Assembly (NCBI RefSeq): GCF_006345805.1
Contig: NC_043006.1
Coordinates: 62,062,001 to 62,126,000 of the forward strand
Direction: 5' to 3'
Origin: Octopus sinensis
Taxonomy: Eukaryota
Length of the DNA: 64,000 nt
Position numbers and translations under genes: made by a program. Every line of letters begins with the position of its first letter. Within the stretch, counting starts at the first letter, position 1. A model generated the notes under the pieces. It was not told the DNA's origin, searched no databases, and worked only from the letters and a program-made list of their open reading frames with translations. Below are positions 13,093 to 25,509 of the stretch, one piece after another.

Positions 13093-13320
13093 GGAGAGGG
13101 AGACATATGTTTGTGTGTCTGTGTTTGTCCCCCACCACCATCACTCGGCAACCGATGCTGGTGTGTTTACATCCCCTTAACTCAGAGGTTCGACAAAAAA
13201 GACCTATAGAATAAGTACTATGCTTACAAAGAATAAGTTCTACGGTCGATTTGCTCGACTAAGGCGAGCCCCAGCATGGTCACAGTTGAATGACTGAAAC
13301 AAATAAAAGAGTAAAAGAGT
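12901..13320 (+). mobile_element. tRNA-derived SINE, family B, full length, with internal (TA)n(GA)n tract
   Basis: Head GGCGCAGGAGTGGTTGTGTGGTAAG (A-box-like) and GGGTTCAGATCC (B-box-like); tail CCAGCATGG..GACTGAAACAAATAAAAGAGTAAAAGAG; homologous to 22711, 28790, 35117 and 51212. Confidence 0.85.
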
Positions 13321-13973
13321 ATCTGTTTCGAAAATTGCAACAGCTCTCGCTCAGGTAATGTATAGGAATAGAACAAACATCGAGGAGAAACACATCGTTC
13401 GTATAATACTTGCTCACATTCTCGTATAATACTTACGCACAATTCACGGATTTTTCTATCGTTAACTAAGTGTTAAGATTTCTCATCATAAGAAACGTCT
13501 AATGGTGTGAAGTCCGTTGAAAAGGAACTGTATTCTACTGCATCTGTTTGGGTAATCAACGTCTTTGGCCAATTCTGTTTAAAAAAATCCTAATGTTGTG
13601 TGAAAACAGTCTATTTCAGATGAAATAAACTCCGCATTTCCAAATCCATTTCTTATTCGCAGCATGATCGATTGTTGCAGAAAGTTCATGTAAATATAAC
13701 CACTCATATTTCATTTTTAAAAAAATGAATGTTTACAACATACTGTAAATCTTGGTAAATTAACATGATGTTGCCCGTTTAAATACGGAAACTTAGGTTC
13801 CCATTGGTATGTACGCTTTCGAATGACAGCAACCTAGAATATGATAGATTCTTAATTTTTTTTTTATTTCATTGGCACGGCTCTGGTAATATGATTGTAG
13901 AACAATTTTTGTTTTATGGAACTCGTCAGGCAGTCTTCCGAAAAGTTTCTTCGGGATGTTATGAAGGAGTATC

Positions 13974-14033
<60 letters not shown>

Positions 14034-14189
14034 TGTGTGTGTTATGTGAGTGTTATATTATATTACTTTATATTGTATTGGCGATTGTGAATCTGAACCA
14101 GAAAGACTTAAATGCAGAACAGCGCCAGCGGAGACAAAAGACATCCACTGGTGCAGTGATAACATTTGAAGCCATTTCTATTCAGGTTT

Positions 14190-14640
14190 TCAGTTGATTA
14201 CGCATTACTTCATCAGTAAACGCCGTCTTCTCCTCTCGCCTCCCTGCAGATGAAGGCTCTTGTAGATGTGATCATCAGCAATATTCTCCCACATTTCAAC
14301 ATTCATGTAAAAGAAATTTGATACCTTTCTTGCAAATAACTTTCAGTCTAATGTGGAGTCAGTTAGATGAGGAATCTCTTCACAGCAAGCGAAACAGGAT
14401 CATATTGCTTGTGACTCGGTTTGCCAACTTGAAGCTTTACTACCGTAAAGCAGTGTGTCCTGGATAAGGTCTTTGTAAGCTGCAACATTAGCTAGCATTG
14501 TTAGCTTAATTTTCTCCCAATCTCTCGATGCCAGGGTAGCTGCTCTATATCTGTCGATGTAATTTTAGATATCGTTGTCCATGATATTAGAACTGCAGTA
14601 GTAGTAAAGATAGAGAAATGTTGAAGAATACACGGCAGAA
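14190..14640 (-). pseudogene. Decayed RTE-clade LINE fragment (post-RT region)
   Basis: DWEKIKLTMLANVAAYKDLIQDTLLYGSKASSW (cf. TLLYGSESW) and downstream RLKVICKK..WENIADD. Confidence 0.6.
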
Positions 14641-15648
14641 CATCAAATCTTAAATACACATCGATTGTTTTTTTAAATCTCAATGCTCAATAATAACGCT
14701 AGAACAAAATATCAACGATTACATTTTCATTAGACAACCTCTTCTTTACGCAATCTGAATATTATTATTTGTATATATTTGTTTACTTTAGAACGTATTA
14801 TGATTCTATGTCGTTTTCTATTTCTGTTTACATATTTCAAATTACATAAAATTGCCTGTTTGTTATTGAATACGGAGTATTGCCCGTTTGTTATTGAACA
14901 CAGAATAAATATTGTGACCAGTGTTTGGATTTCATTTACGTAAAAGGAAAGGATAAATGATCGAAGACATCGCCATGGGGAGGTATTACAATAGAACAAC
15001 TAAAAGTGAACGCTCAATACTAGAAGTGAGATAAATACGTAACATTCGAATGTTTCGTAACTAGCATTCAATTCCTTGAAGTGCACGAGTATGGCATTTC
15101 AAATATTTTCTGAAATGCATGCTCTCTATATCACCGAGGTGAAGAATAGGTTTGAAGTGCTATATTTGTGGAATATTCGACAGTCTTACTCAGTTATGGC
15201 ATATTCCAATTGTTATAGTAGGAGGCTTACCGAATGTCAGAAAAGCTATACTGGGTTACACACTTGTTAAGAGAAATTCTCTTACAAGATATGCCACTTA
15301 TCTAAGAAAGACTGTGCTTACAGATGGCAATATATACAGCGACACAGCTAATAACTTTGCTTACATGAAATACCTAGATGGATAATAACAGTCAACAGAT
15401 GGTACATAACTGTCTTAATCAAAAATGCAATATAATATTAAGTAACACACTTTCTTCTCAGCAAATCATTATGTCTATTTTATGTACCCATATGCGTGAA
15501 TGTATTTATGAAATGCACACACACAGACACGCGCACACACACACTGGCACGCACACACAGATACACACGCCCATAAACACACCATGCATACACACATAAA
15601 CACACATGCACATTTGTATGTATATGTATGTATGCATGAATAGATATA

Positions 15649-15688
<40 letters not shown>

Positions 15689-16025
15689 AAAGACTATTTG
15701 CCAATATAACGTGGCAGTCCTTGACGGGACGAAATTTAATGTTGTTAGCCCTAGGAAACATCGTTTCCAGTTGGCTATACGACACAATATCTGTGCCCTT
15801 ATATTTCAAACAGGGGACTCAGCAACCCCATCCAGCACAAAGCAACATCTGTGGAATGGTTCCTGGGTTACTGCCCTTTATCAGTACAGTATAGCTGCTC
15901 GGCTAAACAGTGATGCTGAATTCGAAAATATATAATTTTTGAAGTGACACACAGTCACTGATCTAATAAGTATGGACTTCCTACTACCTACTATCTACTA
16001 TCAAGCTTTCGCAAGAGTAGAAAAC

Positions 16026-16082
<57 letters not shown>

Positions 16083-16211
16083 GACAGACAGACAGACAGA
16101 CAGACAGAGAGAAAAGGAGAATGCCCCTTGTATTTGAAAACAATGCAAATATTTTTTTAAAACATTTCATTTCATTTGCCACAATTTAATTGTTTTTCAT
16201 ACCTTACTATA

Positions 16212-16245
16212 AGTTGAAAAAGTCGCAAACAGTGAAACCGGTACT
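16212..16245 (+). ncRNA. Degenerate type I hammerhead ribozyme motif, U3-A8 family
   Basis: AG-TTGAAAA-agtcgcaaacagt-GAAA-CCGG-TA-CT; helix II disrupted; downstream flank homologous to 62200-62250. Confidence 0.5.
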
Positions 16246-16359
16246 AAGATGTTATTCATGATAAAATTATTTTAGTATTTCCTAATTTGTCTTATTTCCC
16301 TTAAACATATCAACTCGTGTGTTCATTTCAACCTTCTACACACACAAACATACACACAC

Positions 16360-16464
<105 letters not shown>

Positions 16465-16855
16465 TAATAAAATAATTAATGTGTATATTCATATACGTGT
16501 ATACTTATATATAAGTGTATGCGGGTTTATATATCTAGACAGACGTATGTGTACTGCAGATTGAGTAAACATGTTGGAATTGCAAAGCTTGATGAATGGC
16601 TGTATTTAGAAATTCATTTATGTATTCATAACCCATTGTATTTAATTCTCGCACCCAAGTTCATTTATTATTGGTGAATTATTTGTCCTTCTCTATACAT
16701 TTTTTCAAGTTGACAGCTAATCAAAATATATAATAATCACAAATAGCCTAACGGATGACATTATTTACTGACATCTGTTCAATATCAATTGCGGGGCTTT
16801 TACGTCTCTGAGTATCTCTAACAAACAACGTATTTAAAACAGACTAACATATCCA

Positions 16856-16906
<51 letters not shown>

Positions 16907-16927
16907 AATATGTGTATGTATATATAT

Positions 16928-16958
<31 letters not shown>

Positions 16959-17104
16959 ATATGTATGTATATATATATATATATATATTATATAATATAT
17001 ATATATAGTATATATGTGTGTGTATATATATAGATATATATATATATATAAGAGAGAGAGAGAGAGAGGCACACACACAAACACACGTATATATGTATAT
17101 ATAA

Positions 17105-17790
17105 TATATAAATAAGAGGAAGAACCTAAGGTGTTAGAAATAGAGGCCTAATCGTCTTATCACGAAGAATATGTTCTCAAAATTAGCATACGCTAGATAT
17201 TTTCCAGCAAGACAAAGGAAAGGAAGCAAGAGGAAGCAGTTAATCTCATACCTTTAGACTTCGCTATTAATAATTAAATATATAATTGTCTGTAGCTCGC
17301 CAGTGTGATCACCGCAGACACATAAACTATGGAATTTGATGCCAATCACCTCTTCGATAGCTCACGTGCGTACAGAGTTCCACCAATTATGTATCTAAGT
17401 ATCCATTCAAATGCCGTCATACTAGCGCGCCAAACAAGAACTTATGAAGCTCCTCAGCGAATCTACTGGCTCTACCGAAGAGGCCATTCGTATCAAGTTC
17501 CATTGTTTATGTGTCTTCGTCGATCTCACTGATGATCTACAGATAATTGTTTATTTAATTCTTAATAGCAAATCCTTAATGTATGAGATTAACTAACGGT
17601 TTTCTTTTGTCTTGCTCGCAAACATCTAGCATATGCTAATTTTGCAAACATATTCTTCGTGGTAAGACGCCTGGAATCTACTTCTAGCATATTAAGAAGC
17701 TACCTGTTGATTCTTCCAATGATTTATATATTTACATATATAGTATTTAAGTATGCTGGCCCTTCGTTTAAATTGATATAATTTAATAAT
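17105..17790. mobile_element. Foldback/MITE-like element with long diverged TIRs (~17105-17370 and ~17475-17790) and a ~100-bp spacer
   Basis: For example CTTATCACGAAGAATATG (~17157) is the near reverse complement of CATATTCTTCGTGGTAAG (~17650); the match continues along both arms. Confidence 0.7.
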
Positions 17791-17834
17791 AATAATTTCT
17801 ACCCTCATTATTTAAATTTTAAATAGTTATGTTC

Positions 17835-18295
17835 GCTAGCCAATAGATTCGCCGCGGAGCTGTTTCAATCTGCAAAGATCTTACCGGTTTGGCGCGCTAG
17901 CATGAAGGCATTTGCATGGATGTTTAGATGCATAACTGGTGGAAATCTATACGCACGCGTTGTATCAAAGGGGCGGCTGGTATCTAGTTCCATTGTTTAT
18001 GTGTTTGTCAGGATCTCACTGATGTGCTAATTAATAGTAAGGAAATCATAAGGTATGAGATTGACTGCTTTTTGTTTCCTTTCATTTCTCTTGCTCACAA
18101 ACATCTAGTGTATACTAATTCTGGGACCATATTCTTCGTGGTAAGAGCAATTTGGCGTCTAGTTCCTGCATATTAGTAAGCCACTGGTTCCTCATATTTT
18201 TATATCTAAATATACCTTATAAACCTCGGACAGTATTTAAGTATGCTGGCCACTGTTTTAGGGTAATATTATTTAATAATATTAATTTGTACACT
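17835..18295. mobile_element. Second, truncated copy of the foldback element in opposite orientation (spacer inverted plus one TIR)
   Basis: TTTGGCGCGCTAGCATGAAGGCATTTG is the reverse complement of the 17409-17436 spacer; the TIR blocks GTTCCATTGTTTATGTG and CATATTCTTCGTGGTAAGA recur. Confidence 0.7.
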
Positions 18296-18370
18296 TTATT
18301 TAAATTACACACACACACACACGCATATATATATATATTTCTATATATACTAATAATAATATATAATATA

Positions 18371-18442
<72 letters not shown>

Positions 18443-18860
18443 ATAGATAGATATTAACAAGTATCATATTACAGTGCCCTCGAAGTTTCAGCATTCTTGA
18501 TCTTCATTGGATAATACGCTGAAATAGGCTGAAATCCTGGACTTTAGGATATACATGAAGACACTTGAAGCACTAAGGAATGCTAACGACTAAAATAGTT
18601 TCTTATTATAGACACGTTGATCGATGATGAGTTGTACTTAGTCGATACAAATTTAAAGAAGTAATTTTTTGTAAAGATTATGTTGAAGGCGATGATATCT
18701 GTTGAATTTGAATTACTACGTTACATCTGCAAATCTCATGCCGATATCAATATATGCGTCTGACTATCTCATGTATACATACATGCACAACGCGCGCGTG
18801 CAAACACACGCACGCACACACACATACACACACACACGATCACACATACATTATATATAT

Positions 18861-19020
18861 AATTGCAAACATAATCTGGAATTCGACTGAGGAAGGAAAA
18901 CTTCGAATGATCCGTTCCTGTTTTTGTATCATCTGTCTGGATGCTTTGCTTTCTTGTCCCATTTTTTGTATTCATTTGTATATACATATGACGGCGTACG
19001 TGCTCTTTGGTCTCTAATTT
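18861..19020 (+). repeat. Dispersed repeat family D, partial copy (right end)
   Basis: Matches 19570-19745. Confidence 0.75.
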
Positions 19021-19221
19021 GTAAGTACACATACACACACACACACAAACAGACATTCTTTCATTCATTCTTTCTTTCTATCAGCTCCTTCACACTTCGT
19101 TCTTTCCACTCTTCTTCTTTTCGTCCCCTCTCCCACATTTACTGGCTATCTCTTTATTCTCACATTCCCCCTCTTTCTTTTTGTTTTTCTCTCGTCCCTC
19201 CCTAATTCTTCCGTTCCTCTG

Positions 19222-19249
<28 letters not shown>

Positions 19250-19255
<6 letters not shown>

Positions 19256-19745
19256 CACGTGACCGGTGTTCGGCTGAGCTTGACTACCATCCATGCAACA
19301 TCTATATTCGTCTCTATATCTGTTATCTCTTTTGTCCCTGAAAAAAGGCATGACTTCCACACGCTTCAGCTTAATTTAATTCGCCTTTTGTCGAGAGAAA
19401 CCTGTTGTTATATCCTGTTATTTGCATTTGTATCTGCGCACCATTTCTCCGTTTTTTTCCGTCCTTGTTTTCGAATACATTCGCTGCTTTCTTCCAAGGA
19501 ATCAAGTGCTTTTAGCTTAGTTTTTCCTAGGGGCTGGCCAAATTGGTGCAATCTTGATTATAACCAGCCGAATTTGCAAAGCTAATCTGGATTCGACTGA
19601 GGAAAGAAAACTTCGAATGACCCGTTCGTGTTTTTTTCTTGCAACATTTTTGTATCATCTGTCTGGATGTTTTGTGTTCTTGTCACATTTTTTGTATTCC
19701 TTTTTATATACATTTGGCGGCGTACGTACATTTTGGCCTGTTATA
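19250..19745 (+). repeat. Dispersed non-coding repeat family D, ~490 bp, unclassified
   Basis: Homologous to 32005-32402 (shared ATACATTCGCTGCTTTC..AAGGAATC..GCTTAGTTTTT..GGCCA) and to 18861-19020. Confidence 0.75.
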
Positions 19746-19907
19746 TATATACAAATATGTGTTGACTGACGACTGTTGGTGTTGCCATCTTTGGGTGCCT
19801 TCGGCTTAAGAGACGGAGAGCAAGAGAGTTTGCTAAGATATAGAAGGGAAAGAGAATTGTCCCTCAAGGGGAGAGAACCGCTTATATGTATATATATGCA
19901 TATGCAT

Positions 19908-19965
<58 letters not shown>

Positions 19966-21144
19966 GTACACATTGGTAATTTATGCATTCAATTGATAAT
20001 TAAATATATATATGTATGTATACAATTATATTAAAGGAGCTTGGGCGCAAAAGTGACTTATCTGCATCGTACTTGAAAATGCCGAGACATCCAGATACTA
20101 CCGACAAACTCCATAAATATTCACAGACTGTGGACGGGGAAGTGAAAACATATTTGGGTCCAATTTCCTGATTATACCCGTAAAAACAGGTTTTTTTTAC
20201 TTCATCAACGAAGGAAAAAATACCTGTTTTAAGCCTGTTTTACGGCTTTAAACGAGAAATTTGACCGAATTAAAAGTTAACATAAAGTCTTTTTAAAGTT
20301 TTTTTCACTCACACTCCTACTGTCTGTGTATATTTTGGGAGGCTTTCGATAGTATCTGAATGCCTCGCCATTTTCAAGCATGTTGCTCCCTTCATAAAGT
20401 ATATACATTCATACATACATACATACATACATATATATATATATATATGTATATATGTATATATAATTATCAATTTAATGTATAAATTACCTATAGATAC
20501 ATATATGTATACACACACATATATATATATATATACACAATATATATATATATATATATATACATTCATATACATATGTATATATGTGTGTGTATATATA
20601 TACATGTGTGCGTGTGTGTATGTGCGAGTGTGTTCATACATACAATTGGTTAATACGTATAAATCTTGATATATGTGTGCGTACATGCTTTTCCCATGTG
20701 AGTGTACATGTTCATGTGTTTGCATCTCTGTATATGTGCATCTATACGTAAGTGTAGTCAGCGCTTTTTCACTAACTAAGAAACAATTTTGCTCAATATG
20801 TCGTATTCTCCGTCATTGCTTTATTTTACACAAATATAAAAAGTGATCTATTGGTGCTATAAAAAATGGCCGCCCACGAGTAACATCTATGATTGTTTTG
20901 TTTAAAGTATAGTGTCTTTAAAGGTACAATAACACTCGAGTCTTCTTTCAAATACTGTGTGAAGTAATGTTATGAATATAGGTAGTTAACTCTAGCAAAT
21001 CGAGAAAAATATTTACACGCTTACTCGTTAATCTCGTTGTAAAGGATTTACGAAATATTCAGAGGACTCTGCCTACATTCCAGCCTTGGTCATATTACCT
21101 TTAACGCAACAATTTTCAAGAATTATATAATGATTATCCAACGA

Positions 21145-21310
21145 CCGTGTAGCATGTTTAGCACACCAGTTCTGACATTATATGACCAGGTTCATTTCGC
21201 CTTTTATTTCTACGTTGTCGACAAAATAAGTACCAGCTCAGAACTGGAGGCCATGTAATCAGCTTCCAGTCACTTAGAAATTGCTGGTCTTGTACCAAAA
21301 AGTAAGTATT
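21145..21310 (+). mobile_element. Degenerate SINE family C fragment
   Basis: TCGACAAAATAAGTACCAG..GTAATC..GAAATTGCTGGTCTTGTACCAAAA matches the central and 3' parts of 48283 and 53517. Confidence 0.55.
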
Positions 21311-21838
21311 ATATAATGATTGACAACAGTCGACAATTTAGTCTGTCACATCATATCTTTCAGATACAACACATTTTCATGTGGGAATAGACATATGTAT
21401 AAAGAATATGGAGGGAGAAGAATTTTAATTTCAGAGGGGTGGAATTTTAGAAGTAAACCTAAAATTTAGTTGTTCGTCCGTGGCAAACCTCACATATAAA
21501 TACATCCAATGAGGAACCTTGTCACGATATATCAGAAATAATAGAAATAGATTTTAATAAACACATTTTTACTATCTTTCAAAAGATTAATTAAATATTG
21601 AATCCGTAGGCTTAATACGTAGAAATAAAAATAGTAAATAAGTAATACTTTGTAAAAGGTAAACAAATATTGTCACAAAATATTTCAAATCAAGCCCGAA
21701 ATTTTGTTCGTTTTGCGTATATCTAATCATAAAATATTTAAAGAATCTTCGTCATATTACACACAGACACACACACAGTCACATCCACACACATACATAT
21801 ATACACATACAGCGATATACATATATAAGCGTATGCAC

Positions 21839-21881
<43 letters not shown>

Positions 21882-22133
21882 CTTACATATACTGAGGAAG
21901 AGAAAGAGAAGAGAAAAGTAGATGGATATTTTTGCCTGAGTGTCTGCATATGTGTGCATGTGTGATGTGTGTACATATGTGTTAATATGAGTGCATATAA
22001 CATAACAAAACGTAACATGATTTCTTCGTTTCTGAACTATAAATATAAGGAAATTATTTCAAACGAAATTTACCACTGGGAGTTTGTTTTGCGATATGAA
22101 TACATGCACACATACAAATTGGAATATCCATAT

Positions 22134-22202
<69 letters not shown>

Positions 22203-22710
22203 TATATATATAGATATATATATCACGAAGTTGGAATAATCAAAGCTTTGAAAATTATTGGAAAACAGTAAACTTTAATTAACACACTTTTGTGAGAGAA
22301 CTGAGAAGATATAATTGGAAATGATTTTCTTTATGACAAATCACGCTTATATTTGCAATACATCAAGAAATATTGATTGTTTGTATCTTCAGTTTTAGAA
22401 GCCTGCCATGATATAAATCTGCGCAAAACTTACAACTTAGAAAAGTACAAGTAAATATACTCGAGAACAATGTTCCTTTCCATAAAGGAACGAAAATGCA
22501 GAAAGAATTTGAATGATGATAGTAGATTTCTTCTCATTCCTAGTTGTTTTCCAATATAATCTGAAACATCTGCGTTTGGTTTAGCACATAGGCAACATTC
22601 CATTGAAATATGTGTTTAACAAAGAAATATTGCCTACTCATATAAAATCGTAATATCTTTGAAATCAAGCATGACTGCGTTAAAAATGTCTTCTTATATA
22701 CACATTGTAT

Positions 22711-23048
22711 AGGCGCAGGAGTGGCTGTGTGGTAAGTAGCTTGCTTACCAACCACATGATTCCTGGTTCCGTCCCGACCAAAGCCTTGTGAGTGGATTTG
22801 GTAGACGGAAACTGAAAGAAGCCCGTCGTATATATAGACATATATATGTGTGTGTTTGTGTGTCTGTGTTTCTTCCCCCGGCATCGCTTGACAACCGATG
22901 CTGGTGTGTTTATGTCCCTGTTACATAGCAGTTCGGCAAGAGAGAGCGATAGAATAAGTACTAGGCTTACAATGAGTAAGTCCTTGGGTCGATTTGCTCG
23001 ACTAAAGGCGGTTCTCCAGCATGGCCACAGTCAAATGACTGAAACAAA
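22711..23048 (+). mobile_element. tRNA-derived SINE, family B, with a short internal deletion after the head
   Basis: Same head, body and tail as 12901-13320. Confidence 0.85.
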
Positions 23049-23715
23049 TTTTTTTTAAAATTAAAATAGTACGAAGACAAACAATGCAATTTTCATTGAC
23101 TGAAGTTATTTTACATAGGTTGACAGAGCTAGAAAGTAAAAATCCTGGAAATCGAATAAAAACGTTTAGCATTCCAAATTCCCTAACTTACTTGTATTTG
23201 CTCAGGCCTCATTTGTGTGAAAATTTAAGTGAACTTTGAGAGATTTTAACTTAAGCATTTCTTTAAACAACATACCTATTGCAACAAGATGACTTGGCTC
23301 CATCTCTCTGTAAGACGACTGAAACTGAAGTCACGAAAAATAATTCGTAAGGTGTTTGAAAGAATTTATTTGTTTAAATATCATTAAAATGAAACTTACA
23401 GCAATATCGAGGAATGAAACATTCCCGAAATAATCGCAAAGTTATTGTGGAGAATACTTGATATTCGAGCAAAACATCTTAAATACTAATTCACTTTACA
23501 ATGTCATAATAATATATAATATTATATCTCAGGGGAAATTTTGATTATGTACATCTTAGAACGGATTACTAAAATATATCTGACATTTGGATTATAATTA
23601 TTGAAATTCGATCATTTTTGCTCTTAACTTAATTCGAAAGTCATTGCAATGCGGTCAATGTACATAGGATTATCAAGTTTCCAAAATTGATTGGGAACCA
23701 TTTTGCGTGTGTAAG

Positions 23716-23753
<38 letters not shown>

Positions 23754-24295
23754 ATATTATATATATATATATAATATATATGTATGTAGTGTGTATATAT
23801 AAACATATATACATAAATAAATATACATAAATATGCGTTTACGTTTGCATGTCTTTGTGCGTGTTTACGTATGTATACATTTACTCATAAATTTGTTTGT
23901 ATGAATATATAGATATATGTATGTGTCTGTGAGTGCATGTGTTTTTCTGCATATGTGTGTCTAGCTATATTTATTAGGAGAGTAGGGGGTTGAGGTATAG
24001 GTTAAGAGTGGGGCACTGAAACAGAAATACAGATTTATTAGCTAATTTAACTCATCTAAGTTAGCGCATTTAAGTCTAAAACCACATACTTTTGAGTTTA
24101 ACTGATGTCCAAATCATCTTGCTTTTTTTTTATCCATTTGATGTCAAAGCTATTATTGATACTGATGTGCGTTTTAAAGTCTATTATTATCCAGTTATAA
24201 AACCGATCGTTTAAGCAGCTTTTAAACAATCTATTTTCATTTGCTTTTTTCAGCATTTATATACATGTACGTATGCATGTATATATATATATATA

Positions 24296-24372
24296 TTAGC
24301 GCCATACTAATACAATTGTTTGTTTATTTTCCACCTGCCTTCGTCTTTTGTCTATTTTCATAAAGCTTCCCG

Positions 24373-24376
<4 letters not shown>
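24296..24376. repeat. Terminal fragment of the repeat family also seen at 36491-36690 and 41350-41549
   Basis: TTTCCACCTGCCTTCGTCTTTTGTCTATTTTC resembles ACACCACCTGCTTTCGTCTTTTGTTTATTTTC. Confidence 0.6.
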
Positions 24377-24450
<74 letters not shown>

Positions 24451-24452
<2 letters not shown>

Positions 24453-24786
24453 AAGGGTAAAGACCCCTTCGGTCATGAGTGACCATGGGTTTGCACCTAG
24501 AGAGTTACCCTCTGAGGCACAAGTCTGGCAAGGTTGTTTTTATGGAAGACCAGTAGTCGCCCATGCATACCGGCCTCCCCTCTCCACGCCACCAGTGTTA
24601 TCCAAGGGAAAGACAAAGGTCGATACAGCTGGCACCAGTGACGTCGCAACTCATTTCTACAGCTGAGTGAACTGGAGCAACGTGAAATAAAGTGCTTTGC
24701 TCAAGAACACAACACGCAGCCGCCGGTCCGGGATTCGAACTCACAACCTCACGATCGTAAGCTCGACGCTCTAACCATGAGCCATG

Positions 24787-24788
<2 letters not shown>
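24451..24788 (-). mobile_element. Full-length tRNA-derived SINE, family A (CORE-like central domain)
   Basis: Minus strand: A box TGGCTCATGGTTAG (24771-24784), B box GAGTTCGAATCC (24731-24742), then GTGTTCTTGAGCAAAGCACTTTATTTCACGTTGCTCCAGTTCACTCAGCTGTAGAAATG, which resembles a CORE domain; inserted in (TA)n. Confidence 0.9.
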
Positions 24789-24827
<39 letters not shown>

Positions 24828-25097
24828 TATATGTATGCATGTATGTATGTATGTATATATATATATATATGTGTATATATATATGTATGTATACTTATAT
24901 GTATGTATATATATATATGCGTATATATGTATGTATATATGTGTATATATATACGTATATATATGTATATATATATGTATATATGTTTATATATATATGT
25001 ATATATATATACGCATATATATACATATATGTATTTTTTCAGAATGAGATAAAAACAACCAAGGCTGTGAAGATTTTAGAACAATTATAAATAGTAG

Positions 25098-25145
25098 GTC
25101 TTACAGCTGTTTCCAGGATATTTATTATACCCCTTCATCGGAGAC
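25098..25145 (-). ncRNA. Type I hammerhead ribozyme motif, U4C variant
   Basis: GTCT-CCGATGA-aggggtataataaatatcctg-GAAA-CAGCTG-TA-AGAC: 4-bp helix I, hairpin helix II, palindromic helix III, GUA site. Confidence 0.7.
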
Positions 25146-25461
25146 GGTGTGAGAAAATGGTTAAGCAATTTAGATAAGATACGAAATAGAGGGTGAAGTA
25201 GAGGAATGAAAATAGATGTGAGATATGGATGGATATTGCATTTGTAGATCCATTATTTAGGCAGAATGATATGCATATAGGATTCCAATAATTTGTGAGT
25301 AACATCCAATAGTATCTAAAATTCATCATTCCATGTATAGAGTTTGTAAATAGTTTATTAAAATAAAATCCTTGATTCAGCAGCACTGTGTACAAATTCC
25401 ACCTCACTTTCTATTTCGTATCTTATCTCAATTAACTATTGTTTAACCATTTTCTCACACA

Positions 25462-25509
25462 GTCTCCGATGAAGGGTTATAATAAATATTCTGGAAACAG
25501 CTGTATGAC
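25462..25509 (+). ncRNA. Type I hammerhead ribozyme motif, U4C variant (second copy, helix I mismatch)
   Basis: GTCT-CCGATGA-agggttataataaatattctg-GAAA-CAGCTG-TA-TGAC. Confidence 0.6.

Noticed and set aside
14185-14225. Minus-strand CTGATGA-AGT..ACT-GAAA as a hammerhead
   Set aside because: No helix III, NUH site or helix I partner; it lies at the edge of an RTE fragment.
17519-17540. CTGATGA / TGATGA as a snoRNA box or HHR core
   Set aside because: Not conserved in the second copy, no partner motifs, and explained as TIR sequence.
18885-18920. CTGAGGA-AGGAAAACTT-CGAAT in repeat family D (also ~19598) as a hammerhead
   Set aside because: GAAT instead of GAAA, no helix III or cleavage triplet, and not retained in the 32-kb copy.
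20176-20246. Short inverted repeat CCGTAAAAACAGG / CCTGTTTTACGG
   Set aside because: Too short and single-copy here to call a MITE.
24715-24788. tRNA gene
   Set aside because: The A and B boxes continue directly into a SINE body that is repeated elsewhere; it is a SINE head.
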